Positions 1 through 13,196 of a stretch of 64,000 nt of DNA are shown piece after piece. Each line of letters begins with the position of its first letter. Positions within the stretch are counted from its first letter, which is position 1. The DNA lies in contig JAQGDQ010002371.1 of assembly GCA_030141605.1 (NCBI GenBank), forward strand, positions 682,001 through 746,000, in the 5' to 3' direction. Under the pieces are notes generated by a model. The model had not been told where the DNA came from. It searched no databases and saw nothing but the letters and a program-made list of their open reading frames with translations. The position numbers and the translations under genes are program-made. Source of the DNA: Tubiluchus corallicola. Its lineage: Eukaryota; Animalia; Priapulida.

Positions 1-2159
1 TAAAAAGGTAATATACTATGTAACATACTGTAAAATTATTACTGCTGATGTAGAGTTCCATAAAAACATAACTTTTTCTTAGATATTGCAACTAGCGGAC
101 AGTTTGCTTTGATATCTGAAACTGAATGAATAAAAAGGTGCAAATATATAAACGTTGTTTATAGGGCAACTGATTGTTTAAAAAAGTTATGCAGAAATAA
201 CTGCTTTTTGTGAAACATATTACAGAAGTCTAGACAAATGCGAATGGGACTCAAAATCGGATTTGCGTTGTTACGAGACACATTTTCTTCTGACTTAGCT
301 ATAGATGGCAAATTTGGCCAAATTATTAAAGGACCATGATAAAATATCTAATAAGCAGGCGATTCATCGTGTAAAATTGCTACCTTATGCTTTCAAATTT
401 CGTAGTCATACTGAAATCGTTCTGCTTTTTAAAGTTAAAATTTATGGACTGCACTTATGTTTTGTCAATGAACTACTAACTGATTAATGCTAACTAACTA
501 ATAACTAAGTAAATAACATTTATTGACATCTGACTGCTAAACACTGCTAAGCGATGCACGGCGACGCATTTTGTAAAAAGTGGCTGCGTTGGAGCCAACT
601 TTTCTATCGTATAATAAGGCTCAAATGTTTAATAACAATAAAAAAACTTTATTTTAAAATCAACGTGAATAAAATAAATTCAGCAACTACTAAGTTCAAA
701 TAAATAGGAAGTTTTTTAATGTCGTTTAGCAATGTTTCAACATAAAAATAAAAATATTCTGTACATTTGTTATTAACTTCAATGTACATTTGATTTAGTA
801 CAGGGGGTTTACGTGCACCAGAATATGAGTCTCCGTCTTGTTACTACCTCATTATTAGTGATGTATGTACTCTACAATTACAAGTAATATATTAACGTAT
901 TAATTGTATTTATAATGACTACAATACGTGTGTTGTGCTAATCCAGTAAATATTAAAAGTATATTACTACACCGTTTTACACGAAATATATTTATAGGCT
1001 TATTCCTTTTTATCTAGCACTGCAACGATACCTTTAGCTAACGTTTACACTCAGGTTAATTAAGGTGACGTATCAGGTCAACCACCGATCTTAGCCACCC
1101 ACTAGTCACTCACATAAAAACTCGCCCACCCGGCATAGACCAATCCTTATTGCTCAAATAATCAGCTACAAAAAGTATTTTGTACCTACATAAATCCTCA
1201 TTAAGAACCTATATTAAAAAGTTTACTAATATAAATATCAGAAAATTTGCTGAGTTACATATACTATTTCAATAATAAAGAAGTTTTTGAAGTTACTATT
1301 TCCTTGAACATGTTGACCGTCTAAGTATATAACTTATTTAACAGAAAACGCAATAAATTTTCACGTTCGTAATTACTCCAGAATTTTGTGCGGTTTACGA
1401 TGACGAGCGCTGAAAACCCGTCAGTGAATCTCAGTTTGATGCGAGCGTGTCCATCCAACAATTTTAGTTAATCAGAAACTTTCACAAGCAACACCCACAG
1501 CTATTCCTAAGCTCTATTACTCATTCACACAATGGCAAACCGCAAGTGAAGGTATTAAAGCTTCCGGCTGTTTTAATGGTAATTACAAACAAGGTTATGA
1601 GTCAACATTTGCGTATGTCTTGTTTCACGTGGTTCGGTATGAATTGCACCTATATTTCTTACCATATTAAATGTTTTTGCATATTAAAAAGTATCTAGTA
1701 TACGTAATAATAATGTTGCTGTTTATCCGCATACTGGTTAACCTCAGCTATCCTCACGAACATCAAATTTGTATACCTTATTAGTACTATGCACTATTTT
1801 GTTAGATACACCTAACAAATTTAAAACTACGAACATGATAGGCTGTGGGCCGATTACGAATTCATAGGCATTCTAATATTTCAAAATGTTGTTTACAGTG
1901 ACATTTCACGTATTACTCATCTCGTGGTTTAATTACGACACAGCGCCCAGGGATGTGTAATTGTGAAGGTATAATAATGTTACTTCACGGTCATTGCCTA
2001 CACATTTGCCAGCAAGTCCCAGTTTATGCTTTTGCTCAGAAACAATACTACTATCGTAGGCTGCGTAGTAAAATCTGTCAATCATGTCCCATATATGGAG
2101 ATTCCGAACATTTACGAATATGTCGTCACGCTTCCGTTAGCCCGCCTACGGCTGCCGAG

Positions 2160-2240
2160 TGCCATATACGGAAGTTGTCGTGGTTAGCGATCGATTGAGC
2201 AAGACGCGTTCACCAATCAGAAACTAGTCACATGATCATG
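2160..2240 (+). promoter_or_regulatory. Candidate CBF-beta proximal promoter
   Basis: Locally GC-richer segment ~80-160 bp upstream of the first ATG, with an ETS-like CGGAAGT (2169-2175), CCAAT (2213-2217) and E-box TCACATGA (2228-2235). Motif matches only. Confidence 0.35.
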
Positions 2241-2366
2241 CCGCTGATGATGAATGAAAAGTTGTAGACTTGTGATGAGTACATGCACCTGTGATAGTAA
2301 TCGTACATTACCATTCCAATGGTGAACTCCATGCAGTCAACTTCGACGGGTGCTCCAACAGCCGTC

Positions 2367-5300
2367 ATGCCTCGTGTTGTGCCTGATCAGAGGACAAAAT
2401 TTGAACAAGAAGAACCTTTTAAGCGACTTAGCAGAGAAAGTGAGGTGATGCTTTTTCTTTCATTCGTGTCATTAGTTCAGGACTATGTGTAAATATCACA
2501 TTTTAGTAACTTCAACAGCGCGTGTTTAATTATTTCAAAATGACATCTATGTACATTTACTATATGCGGGCTACCTACTTGTGTCAATAGTTGCTTAGTC
2601 ATTACTAATGCCACGCATTGACGTTTTGCCTGTTTCAACTTGTTTAGCTGTGAAGAATGTAATATTGTGCTATTGGTTCACTGACTAAGATGAGTTTAGC
2701 CAGACTCGACCCCGTATATGCTACGCAGTGTCCACTGTTCATTATGGTGATATGTAATGTGATAGTACTTACAATATATCACATTGCACCAATGTGGTAA
2801 AATTACGAAGTGTGTCATTCTTGCCTTACTTTGAGCATTCAAGCACGTGCTACTCTGAAACATATTAGTGATGATGCTAAATGTTCAACGATTAGCACAT
2901 TCATGTGCGAGTTTTATGTTAATCAACGCAGTTTTTCGTCACATCGTCATAATCACTTTTAGTGTATTGTGAATTTGTCATAGCCTTTTTAGTGTATGAT
3001 GTCATTTGGTGGTATGGAGGGATTTAGTGTAATTTTCTTATTTCTGCTTCTTCGTACAATCGTTATGTAATAATACATCATTAACAATAATTAGGTCTCT
3101 AAACTCACAGAAAGGGAACATAACTCGTTAGGACTACACTATTTTTGCTTATGTTATACAGTTATGTTCTCTAGAACGGATCGGACAAAATTTTATATGA
3201 AATGTAGGTTTCAGCGAACAGCGCACTGCCTGGCACGCTTCTATTAATCGAACTTCTCACTATCGTTACTTAAAAAGCTATGCTAAATTAATGGTTTACT
3301 TTGTTACAGGTGAGATACACTGCATTTAGAGATAGACCTCACGAAGAAAGGATAGTCAGATTTGAAACAGGTTGTAGAGAAGGACATGCAGAAATAGTAA
3401 GTTGTCGTGTTTTAGACTTTCGCTACTTTATTAAAATCTCCTACTTTTTAAAACCAGTTAGCATTGCATTTAATATATTTATCGCAGTTTGGAAAACTAA
3501 TTTTCTTCCTACTTTTCACAGGCTTTTGTCACGTCTGGAACAAACCTGGAACTTTGGTTTGCGCCTCCCGGTTGGACAGGAAACCGCGAACTTGAACCTT
3601 ACAGAGGTTGGGCAAATTTCGATTTAGAACATGGCAAGGTAAGGGCAATATCTCATTATTAATTACAGTAATAGCCAGTAACAATGACGTTGATAAGGGC
3701 AGTCAAATTTGGGAACCGAAAAGTGAAAAATACTTCTCATTTTTTCTTTCACACCATTTTATTTCTCGATATAATTATACAATATTTGTGTTTTTTTTTC
3801 GTTTTATGTATATTTTTTGCTTTTGTTTGTCTGTTTGTAAATATGAAAGTGCTTGCCATAGTAAACAATAAAACCAGCATGATTGTTTCCTTGCCTTGAG
3901 TAGCATCATATGGATGAATGAGTAATGCAGTCATGACACATACAACTCACATCAGTCACTAACGCATTAACTCAAGCGATACATTGAATCATAAATTTGC
4001 AATTGATGTTATTTTGTATTCGATGTTTCTTCTTCGCGAGCAACTGGCTCATCAAATTTCAAGAAACAGAATCTTCTGTTACTTGCAATCTCAGAAGCCT
4101 TTTGAAATCCGTTACAACAAACTGATAAACGGCTTGACGCTGCCATGTGCTGATCTATTCAAAATTCGGTGCGGTTATGGGGATCCGTGTTTGGTGGACA
4201 AACCACCAGTTTGGAAATTAAGGTCACGAGTTAAGGTCAACTGAAAATCAAGTCCATAGGTCGCCTAACGTGAGTCTATTCGAGATAAAGCAAAATCTTA
4301 GCTCACTGCTGATATGTGTCGACAAGCTTTTACATTTATTTGTAAGCATTTACTGATATTATTAATTACTTGTGGCAAACAGCTAAAAAAATTATACACA
4401 GTGCATAAAACCTTGGGACTTTCTTGTTCTACATTAATTTATACGTAATTTAATTCTTAATTTTACTAAAGCTTTTTAAATGACTATGGCTGGCCATAAA
4501 CTACTTTAGAGTGAGTGATTCAGCTGCAAATAAAGTTTACAACTTCGCTTACTCATAGATTTTTACTTCTTCAAGCAGCGTCTATAGCAAACTGATATTA
4601 CATAGTTTCAAACTGACTACTATCGACTATCGTGTATAGATTAAATGTTGTTATTTCTTACTAAGCGGCCAGTTAGAGTTTCGGGAAGTTTATCATTCGT
4701 ATGCTGTTTGGATATGTTTAAGATGTTTGTTTTAGAAGTGCATAGGGCTTGTTTGACTCTTATTCACGTACTTTTCCAAGAACTGGCGCTCCGTGCGAGC
4801 TGCCGCATTACAACGAGGTGATGCAACACCACCTCGCGAAGCCTACCAAGTTTGCAGCGAAAGCCTGAAGCCGTATGTGCAGTATGCAGCATCCATGCGT
4901 AGTGTATTTACATATTCTACAACAATTAATATCTTTTTTATTTGCACTTTTATACTATTTACATATGTTTGCATGCATTATATAGTAATGTGCCATGGCG
5001 TGGAGCTACATAGACGGGGAATAAAACGATTTTTTGTTAAAACAGGCAAACCAACAGCCGTCGAAATTGAATAAATTATTTAAAGAATAAAAAATTTATA
5101 TAACAAAATATATGACTTAAATTAAAAAAGATATTTAAAGTAGAGTACCTCCTTTGCTCAATTCGGCACACTAACATCCCACAAAAAGCGAGTATTCATC
5201 ACTGGACCTACTAAGCGAGGATGGACGTAGCGAGACCGGAACCTCGTTCATTATCTACATTATGCCTCTAAGATAAGACATTGAACGCAGAAGTGTCTTA

Positions 5301-8300
5301 GCAACGATAGGACGGGAAAACATCCACCTCAACGAGACCAACGTCATAATTAGCAAGGCAAATGATACCGACTCAACTTTAGCGAATTCAGAGGAACCAG
5401 GTTACCAGCCTATTTTCTAACCAGCACGTGCGTTGCTTAACTGCACTTACCAAGCAAGTGCTGTAATCACTCGACTTTTCACCTGTCCTTATAGTTACTA
5501 TTTAGTTCAGAAGACGTTTATGTCGTAAAGTCGTGGCAGTTGTGTATTAAATTACGGCAAGTTTAAGAATTACAGTACAGATACACAGCCTGTAAGACAA
5601 ACCAGCAAATACTGCATTGTAATTAATCAGTAATTCAATAAATGGAAGGTATTTGCTCTAGAAGGTAACTGCAAGCTTAACTGCAACTTGTTTTTCGAGA
5701 TACAAAAATATCAGCGCGTAAAGTCTGCGCTGCATTAATAATGTTTACAGATAAGACGAAGCTTGACCGGGTAAATTTGCTACAGCGAAATTGCGACTGT
5801 TATGGAAGTTACAAAATTAGTACCTGGCTGATCATTCACTCCTGGCGATTGCGCATCATCAGCAAACAGACATCTCAGTTCCGCCAAAATGTAACAGCTG
5901 CCGTGGCTACCTCCTAGTCCTTGTCAAATATTTAATTTGTTAGTTTATTCACGTGGGCGTTTTGAATATCGATGCTTGCGTTTTCCATTACGGTTAATCT
6001 GGTTACGCGTGACGGTTTCCCAGCATCCCTGGTAATTTGAGGATGATACTCTGGAAACCCCTGATGTTTTTATCCAACTAGTCTCTCTCATAAACACCTG
6101 CAGGTGTACCTACCGCTACATTTGACAAGCTTTAATGCATTTGACGTGAAGTGAAACACTTTAAAAACAGCAATTTCTTTTCTAAAACGAGGAGCATTCT
6201 CGCCAATTAAGGTATTACCTGCCTGGGATTGACTGCCTGGGGACACCTGTTGCTTATCTACATTTGAAGTACCATTTGTCCAATCCGGTCATTGTTACCT
6301 GTGCAGTGATCTGTGCAAGAACGGTTTCTCTGTCATCTGTGTTGTAGGTAAACAGATTTAGAGAAAATTCGACGTCTAAACAGACAAGATGCGTTACATA
6401 CCTGCCTAATTGACGATAAACTGTTAGTAACTTGAAAATTCGTTAAAAATCAAAAAATGTTAACTGATGTGAAAACAGTTTTTTAAATAATATGCGCCAT
6501 TATAGAAGAATTCAGCTAGCAGAAGCTAACAGAGAATGAAATGACAGGCAGAAAACAGAAAGAAAGAGATATACAGACAGACAGAAAGCAGACAGTTAGA
6601 GGGAGGAAAAAGCACTGAGACAGAGAGAGAGAGAGGTCGAGATAAGAGAGAGATAGTTAGCGACAGGTGAAGACAAAAAGAGACAGGGAGACGGGCACAG
6701 AGAGAGGGGATGGGAGGAATTGGAGGGCCAAAGGAGACAGTTATGCCTTCACAGCAATTGCTGCACTTGTCAGAGAAAAGTACAAGTGTCATTAAAATCT
6801 CGCAGTAATGTAATATGGCTTGTGTTTTAGTGAAAGTATAGCAAAACTCTACTTGGATACACGATGCTGCCATTAATTTGACGTCAAACATATTGGTCTA
6901 GCGCTCCGCCTCCGCTGTAACGTAAGCACGCTCAGCGGCATTCGGCACAACAGCTCACGCTGGACAACAACTGTCTCAACTAAACTAAACTAAACTAAAC
7001 TAAACTAAACTAAACTAAACTAAACTAAACAGCATAACGGTCACAACTAATGTCTAATCAGCAGATAAACTCATTGTACTTTTTTATAAACACAAATTTG
7101 CAGAGCAGCAGCTAATTTTACACGAAATTAACACTTCAAGTAGCCAAAAATGACTTATCAGTTTAAACATAATATAGAGACGAAGTTTCAAAGCCCTACA
7201 AAATAAAGAGACATAAGTATAATGAAGAAACTAAGCTAGTTAGTCTTGCTTTACAATAAATGAACAACAAAAATATTAAGTCTCTCTTGCCTTTGAATAT
7301 ACGAACATCATTCATGCCTACTATGTCTTTTTTTCCTACATTAACTGATTATGTGCTCGTCTGCAAGATTTATTTAGTTTTTGTATTTTTCCGTTTGGTA
7401 GGCTAAGGAAAATGGAACAAATTTGATTGTTCCATTCCATAGACGACCCTTATATTGAATGCCCGAGTTACATAATCCCAATGGCATCTTCAAACCATGA
7501 TTATAACCAGAAAAGTAGTGTAAAATTAACTAATATTATATTGATTTATGATATAGATTTTGACCACATTTAAATTAACTCTGACTGCGAAGATCTCATT
7601 GAGGTTTATAAAAACTGGGCGGAAAAGAAAACATTTTGTTTTGTCCTAATTTAAAGTTAATCATATACCGTAAAACGGGGTGAGTTCGCCACCCGAGGGT
7701 GAGTTCGCCACCCCTTACGTATTGGCCATTGTAGGTTTGCTGTAACTATTGTTCAGTGTTTAATGAACAGATATCATGATCACCGTCATTATAAGCAGTT
7801 TACGACAGTTATCTTCTTTCAATTCGCACTAGAAGTATTCCATTCTGCGCTACATATTATTTGTCTACTATTTCTTGCTACTTAACATGCCACGCACCTG
7901 CACCCCTGTACCGGGTCATAGATACCAAAATTATACCCCAGAAGCTCTGGAAGCTGCCCTACATGCCGTCAAGAATACCAACAGGACAATCAGCCCAGCG
8001 GCGAGGCAATTCGGAGTTCCAAGAAAGACCCTTTCTGACAAACTCTCAGGAAGTCATCCCCGGAAGACCGGAGGTCAGCCAGTGTTCTCCGCCGCCGAGG
8101 AGCACGAAATCGCCAACACTCCCAGTGGCCGCTGAGTGGGGGTTCCCAATGGCTGCCATCGATCTCCGACTAGTGATTAAGAGTGTTCTTGACGCGAAGG
8201 GAATCCAGGAACGACGATTCAAGGCAAACACCCCTGGAATAGACATTGTCAAATCATTCGCCCGAAGGAACAATCTGGTTTTCAGAGTGGCTGGCAACAT

Positions 8301-11300
8301 CAAGGGCGCCCGCGTGAAGATCAGTGCAGAAGACGTTCAAGCCTTCCTTGCCAATGTAGAAGTTTCTATTTGAAAACTAAAACTAGACATTTTTTATAAT
8401 TTTTTCATAGGGTGGCGAACTCACCCCCAACCAGCCAATCACAACCAGTTAATTTCAGCTGCCTAGAATGGCATTAAACAGTGTTAAATTGTTAGTGGCG
8501 AATTCACCCCACGATAGTGTTTTATTCGAAGGGCAATATAAAGCTTGAACTAAGAAAATCGGTTTGGTAATTCTCTTGCTATGGCAGGAAACGTAAAAAA
8601 ATACCCTTAAAAAGTGGCGAACTCACCCCGTTTTACGGTAGTTGTTTTTATCTAACTTGCAAAGCCGTGAAGTAAACTAAACTGCGTATTTTCTTGACTG
8701 TAAAATGATTTAGTCAGCAACTCACAGACGTTAAACGTTGTGCGTTTCTTCCCATAAACGAAACTAAACTATATATTTTCACTAATTCATTTGCAATTTC
8801 AATTGACAATAATAAAATCTAGAACCAGGCCAATATTTCTCCCACTGACTAATGAAAAGTTGAGCATTTTTCATAACAGTGTTAGACGCAGCTTTAGCTC
8901 AATGTCCCGAACGTACCTGCGTTATTTAAACTCTGCAGGTGTGTGAAATAAATTGCACGCTGATTGGACGATTAACGAAAATGATTGACAATACGTTAGA
9001 TGTCAATTCCTTAATGATACATGCAAGTGTGTGCCTCGGTCCCACCACTGTCTTTCCATAATAGTGTAGCTACGATTTTTGTCCCTCGGAGCTATAATAA
9101 ATGCAATATGCTATATGCCTTTGATTATATTAACCTTTGACGTAAAAACCTGTCTAATGGACGAATATCCGTATCCGCGTTCATGGTTTCTTCATTATCT
9201 AACTTGTGCTTTATTAAATCCGGCTTTAATCCTGTATATTGTTTTTACGAATTGAATGGAAAGTTTATTTTAAGCGACACAAATACTGTTTTTCAAACTG
9301 CGTAAGCAGTGGTAATAACCTAACATACAAGCTACTTGTCGCAAACATACCTACTTTAGATCCTTTATACAGAACATAAATAAAGACACACGCATACCTT
9401 TAGTTATTTATAGTGTAACAAACTAACTCCTCCAGGTTTCGCCAAGTTTATTGCAGGTGTCATTTGGGATTTTTGAAGGTTTGTCTAACAAATTGATCAC
9501 CACTTTAGTTTTCAAGACTCAACGGAATACCTAGCTCATGAAAGTGTAATTTTGATTCTAACAATACTTTCCCTATAATATATTTAACTGCAGTGCCAGT
9601 CAGCAATAACAGTGACGGGCTTTATTCTATCACCTTGATGTTTTAAACAAACCTTCTTTCGGGCTCTTTGTATGTCATGATAAATATAACCGTATTTGTG
9701 TTTTCCTAGTTCTATAGTTTGGAATGCAAGTGTTATTTGGCTGAATTTCCGATATGACCCCAGTTGAGATTATTGTGGCCCGTTTCCTGTACAATTCCTT
9801 AACATTTTAAAACTACAACCCAGACGATTGCTTGAATACCCTTTGCAATCCGAAAAATCTCTGCACTAACAATCGAGTTGAAAGTTTGACAGAGTTACTC
9901 CAGCATATATTGCATTAATCTACCTTATAACAGCATGCTGAAAGACGGCAGTATGTTTAAGGATGACTATTATAATGTTATGCTGATAATGTAGTTGTTC
10001 AACTTGAGCGATGGAGCGGGGAAAAGCTCTCCAAAAATGTTCTTTGTCCAAAAATGCAGATAATGGCCAATGCAAAAAATTTATTTACTGTCAGTCTCCA
10101 TTCTTCGATTATACAATTTGGGAGCAAGTCTCTGGGGAGGGAGGCTAATTCTGGCTATCGTTACATTACATCACTTAATTTATCCATAAATTCTTGCACC
10201 GAACTGCTTACAATACCTTGTTATGATTACTGGCATTTTTCATTTCTTATTCTGCACAGAAACTTGAGCGGAAAAAATAAGTGTTAAGTAACGGGAAATC
10301 AATGCAAAATTGTCGCATAATACCAGGTGTAGCCCTTTTTTATCTTCACGGCATCACGAAACAGTATCAGCTAAACCCATATACATACACCCGAACGTTG
10401 CTTTTTTTGTTCAATACGCGATGAAGAAACGTTACCAACAACGTATATGTGCTAAGTTACTCTTAAGACATTTTCCAAACTGGAGCAAAATAAAACTATA
10501 TTTTATTTCTGTTACACTGTAGATGTATGGCAAAATCTCGATGTTGGTCATTTGACCAACTATGCGTTTTTATACCGCCCCATACCGTGTCGCAGAAGAT
10601 CAACTCGCCATCTGATGTCCCCGATGCAGTCCTTGTTTACGAACTCTGTGTTTCGAACGCTTGATATTTTTTGTACTTTTTTTAAAAAAAGAAAGATCTG
10701 TTTCCGAGGATACCCTATAGTTTCAGCTAAATAGGTGCTCGTTAGTTGCATGGTTTAGATTAGGAAAATGAATATTAAAGGATGCATTTTAATTATTCAA
10801 AATTTTTCATTTTCTTTATTCTAGGTACACATCTTATCACATTTTATTTTGGATGGTGTGTGCGTACGCTGGCGAGGATGGATAGACTCACAACGATTAG
10901 ACGGTATAGGATGGCTTGAACTAGACGAAGAACGAGCGCGAGTAAGTCCCGAAAGCTTATTATAAACTGTGTCGTATTTATTCATTAAGCGTAAAACTAA
11001 ATCTACTATTACATGGTTCAGAGAGTGTCACTGATGAAAGCCGCCCATAAAGCAATTTTCATATTCTAAATCAAATACGTCAGCTGATGTTCTATAGCTA
11101 GCTAGACTTCTCTAGAATTATTTATTAGGTAACGATATTTTTAGATGTAAAAGCTTTTACAACATCCATCATTAAACGTTGTAGCTGGTTCAGCATAAAC
11201 GAGTTTTTGTCGTTAAGGAAATTTGTGAACTTTTTAAATACACATAAAAATTTGTTTATTACTTTTTATATATCACATAGGCCTATACATAAATGTCATG

Positions 11301-13153
11301 AATTAATCATTTTCATTTTTCCTTTAATTTTCATTGCATTTGTTACAACCTTTACCGAACCTTTCTTTGTTATATATGCGAAATGTCGACCTCCGTTTAA
11401 TAATGTCCATCTGTTTAATAACACTTCAAGAAAATACAAACAGAGAGGTGATAATAGGTGAATATAGAGCTGAGGAAGTTTCAATGGTTCATCTTATATC
11501 ACAGTTCAACATATTTAGCTGCGATAATTACTGTATAACAATTAAACGCTCTTTATTTTGCATAACGTCATTACTTATTTGACTTTCGTTATCATTATTT
11601 TGATCAATTCATCTTAGTCAAAATTCAACAGGTGTGCTAAAAACGATACAGCCATCTGCGATATAATGGTTAGCTTCGCTTGCGATTAGATCATCAAATT
11701 ACAGGTATTCATTTGAAATCGGCTGAATTATATAAGAGACCTTTGTATCTGGGGTTGTCACCAGCTCGTTGCTAACAACGAAAATGAATACGATTTAAAC
11801 TAATTAAACAAAGTGCGCGTGCCGGTACCTTAGAAGTAATCCATTGTTATACCGCGGTGTGACGGTTGTGTTTTGGTTACCATTCACAAGCCACTATTCA
11901 ATTAACAGTGTTGCGGAGTTATAATATTTATGAAATACACTGTAAAACGTATTACCATCCAATCAATAGAAATGTCTCAAACTTGACTCGCGAGTAAAAA
12001 TTTACGATTTTTTTAAATATGGGAATTGTGATAAAAGCGCGTGAGCATGAATTTATAGGCAAACAAAGTATACATCAATTTTTTGGTAATTGCAAAAATT
12101 GTAAACACACAAGTATAATGTCAGTATAGCCCAACCAAAACACAAATTTAGTATGAAAACAAAATTGATTAAATGCATTACTACTATAGTGACTACACTT
12201 CCTTTTCAGAATGAAGACGTGATATTACAGGAACAAGTAGAACAATACAACAGACGTTTACGAGAGTTTGAAGAACGACATAGAACTTATAAAGAAGAAC
12301 AAAAATTAGTAAGTTTCAATGTTTCAGCAAATTAAGCTACTGCCTATTTGTATTTTGACATTATTTGGAGGTGAAAAGTTGAGTAACTACGATATGCGCA
12401 TATAGCGAATGAAGTTAAACAATGCCGAGCTTGGTTAACGAATGGGTGGCAGCCGAGAAATATGTTTCTGGGACGTTTTGCCTACCATATTGCTCTGGCT
12501 GTTTATATTCCTGACCAGTGGTGCGTTACTTTCTGAACTCCGTTATGTGAGGTGCACCTCTATCGAATCTGATGTTTTTTAAACAGTTCAGAACGAATTG
12601 TGTATCGGATTTCGCATTTAACTGTAGATATATGCTCAACCCAATGGCTGCTTAAACTTTCAGATTTCTCTAAACCTTTACTTACTTTTACAAAATGTTT
12701 TCCTGTGACAAGTTTATAATATAGTATGAGCAAAAAGTCATCATAGTCGAAGCAGAGGCCAGAGAATGACATTTGCAACCTGAAATAAACTGGGATTGGT
12801 GCCCACTGCCCATACATTAGAGGAGCGTCTAACTCTGAGTCACCACGATGCAGTGTCCGTCTGGGAGGAAATGAGATACTCTTTTGCTAGAAAGTCAGTG
12901 ACTCAGACTTCAAAAAGTAAACTGTTGCCCTTGTGTAGGTAGTGAAGGAGTGGCCTAATACATGTATATCCTTACTCTACGTTCCATGTAAACGGTAGAG
13001 ATTAAGACGTTACTTAATTTCGAATAAACACACAACGTTTGCGTCTTGTGCATTACATTTTACAAAGTTATTTTATCTTTTTTTCAGTTAACAGTTCCCG
13101 AATCAGACATAAGAAAAATGGAACTGGAAGGCAGCGAAAGCGACAGCAACTGA
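2367..13153 (+). CDS. CBFB: Core-binding factor beta subunit (Runx partner; Brother/Big brother family), 6 coding exons
   Basis: Exons 2367-2444 (MPRVVPDQRTKFEQEEPFKRLSRESE), 3310-3396 (VRYTAFRDRPHEERIVRF...), 3522-3638 (AFVTSGTNLEL...FDLEHGK), 10825-10941 (VHILSHFILDGVCVRWRGWIDSQRLDGIG...), 12210-12308 (NEDVILQEQVEQYNRRLREFEE...), 13088-13153 (LTVPESD...SN*). All introns GT-AG, phase 0. MPRVVPDQ and GVCVRWRGWID are hallmark CBF-beta motifs. An in-frame upstream ATG lies at 2319. The last exon is the least certain. Confidence 0.95.
5150..5470 (-). mobile_element. Probable 5S rRNA-derived SINE (SINE3-like) remnant
   Basis: Minus strand near 5444-5401 reads GCAGTTAAGCAACGCACGTGCTGGTTAGAAAATAGGCTGGTAAC, resembling the 5S internal promoter region (GAAGTTAAGCA...CCTGGTTAGTA...), followed by a non-5S body. 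Boundaries approximate. Confidence 0.4.
6530..6740. repeat. GA/GACA-rich low-complexity tract
   Basis: Degenerate (GA)n and (GACA)n run. Confidence 0.8.
6978..7030 (+). repeat. (AAACT)n microsatellite
   Basis: About 10 perfect AACTA units. Confidence 0.95.
7668..8638 (+). mobile_element. Non-autonomous pogo/Tigger-type (Tc1/mariner superfamily) DNA transposon, internally deleted
   Basis: 25-bp TIR CCGTAAAACGGGGTGAGTTCGCCAC at 7668, with its reverse complement ending at 8638; TA on both flanks (7666-7667, 8639-8640); extra copies of the GGTGAGTTCGCCAC core at ~7698, ~8411 and ~8496; contains a transposase N-terminal remnant. Confidence 0.92.
7887..8373 (+). pseudogene. Frameshifted transposase DNA-binding region (pipsqueak HTH plus CENP-B-type HTH), no DDE domain
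   Basis: YTPEALEAALHAVK...AARQFGVPRKTLSDKL (psq HTH), then after a frameshift near 8118 AEWGFPM...DLR...PGIDIVKSFARRN; ends before any catalytic domain. Confidence 0.85.
12411..13015 (+). mobile_element. Probable 5S rRNA-derived SINE remnant in CBF-beta intron 5
   Basis: GAAGTTAAACAATGCCGAGCTTGGTTAACGAATGGGTGGCAGCCGAGAAATA (12411-12462) aligns by eye to the 5S A-box/IE/C-box region. The downstream extent is a guess. Confidence 0.45.
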
Positions 13154-13196
13154 CAGTAACTGACCGCGTAGTGTGTACATATAGCCCTTTACAATC

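Noticed and set aside
1389-1544. Two Runx-type TGCGGT sites upstream of CBF-beta suggesting autoregulation
   Set aside because: Two hexamers are too few to distinguish from chance without conservation data.
6526-6891. 121-aa minus-strand ORF
   Set aside because: It runs through a GA-rich low-complexity tract that lacks stops; no recognisable motif.
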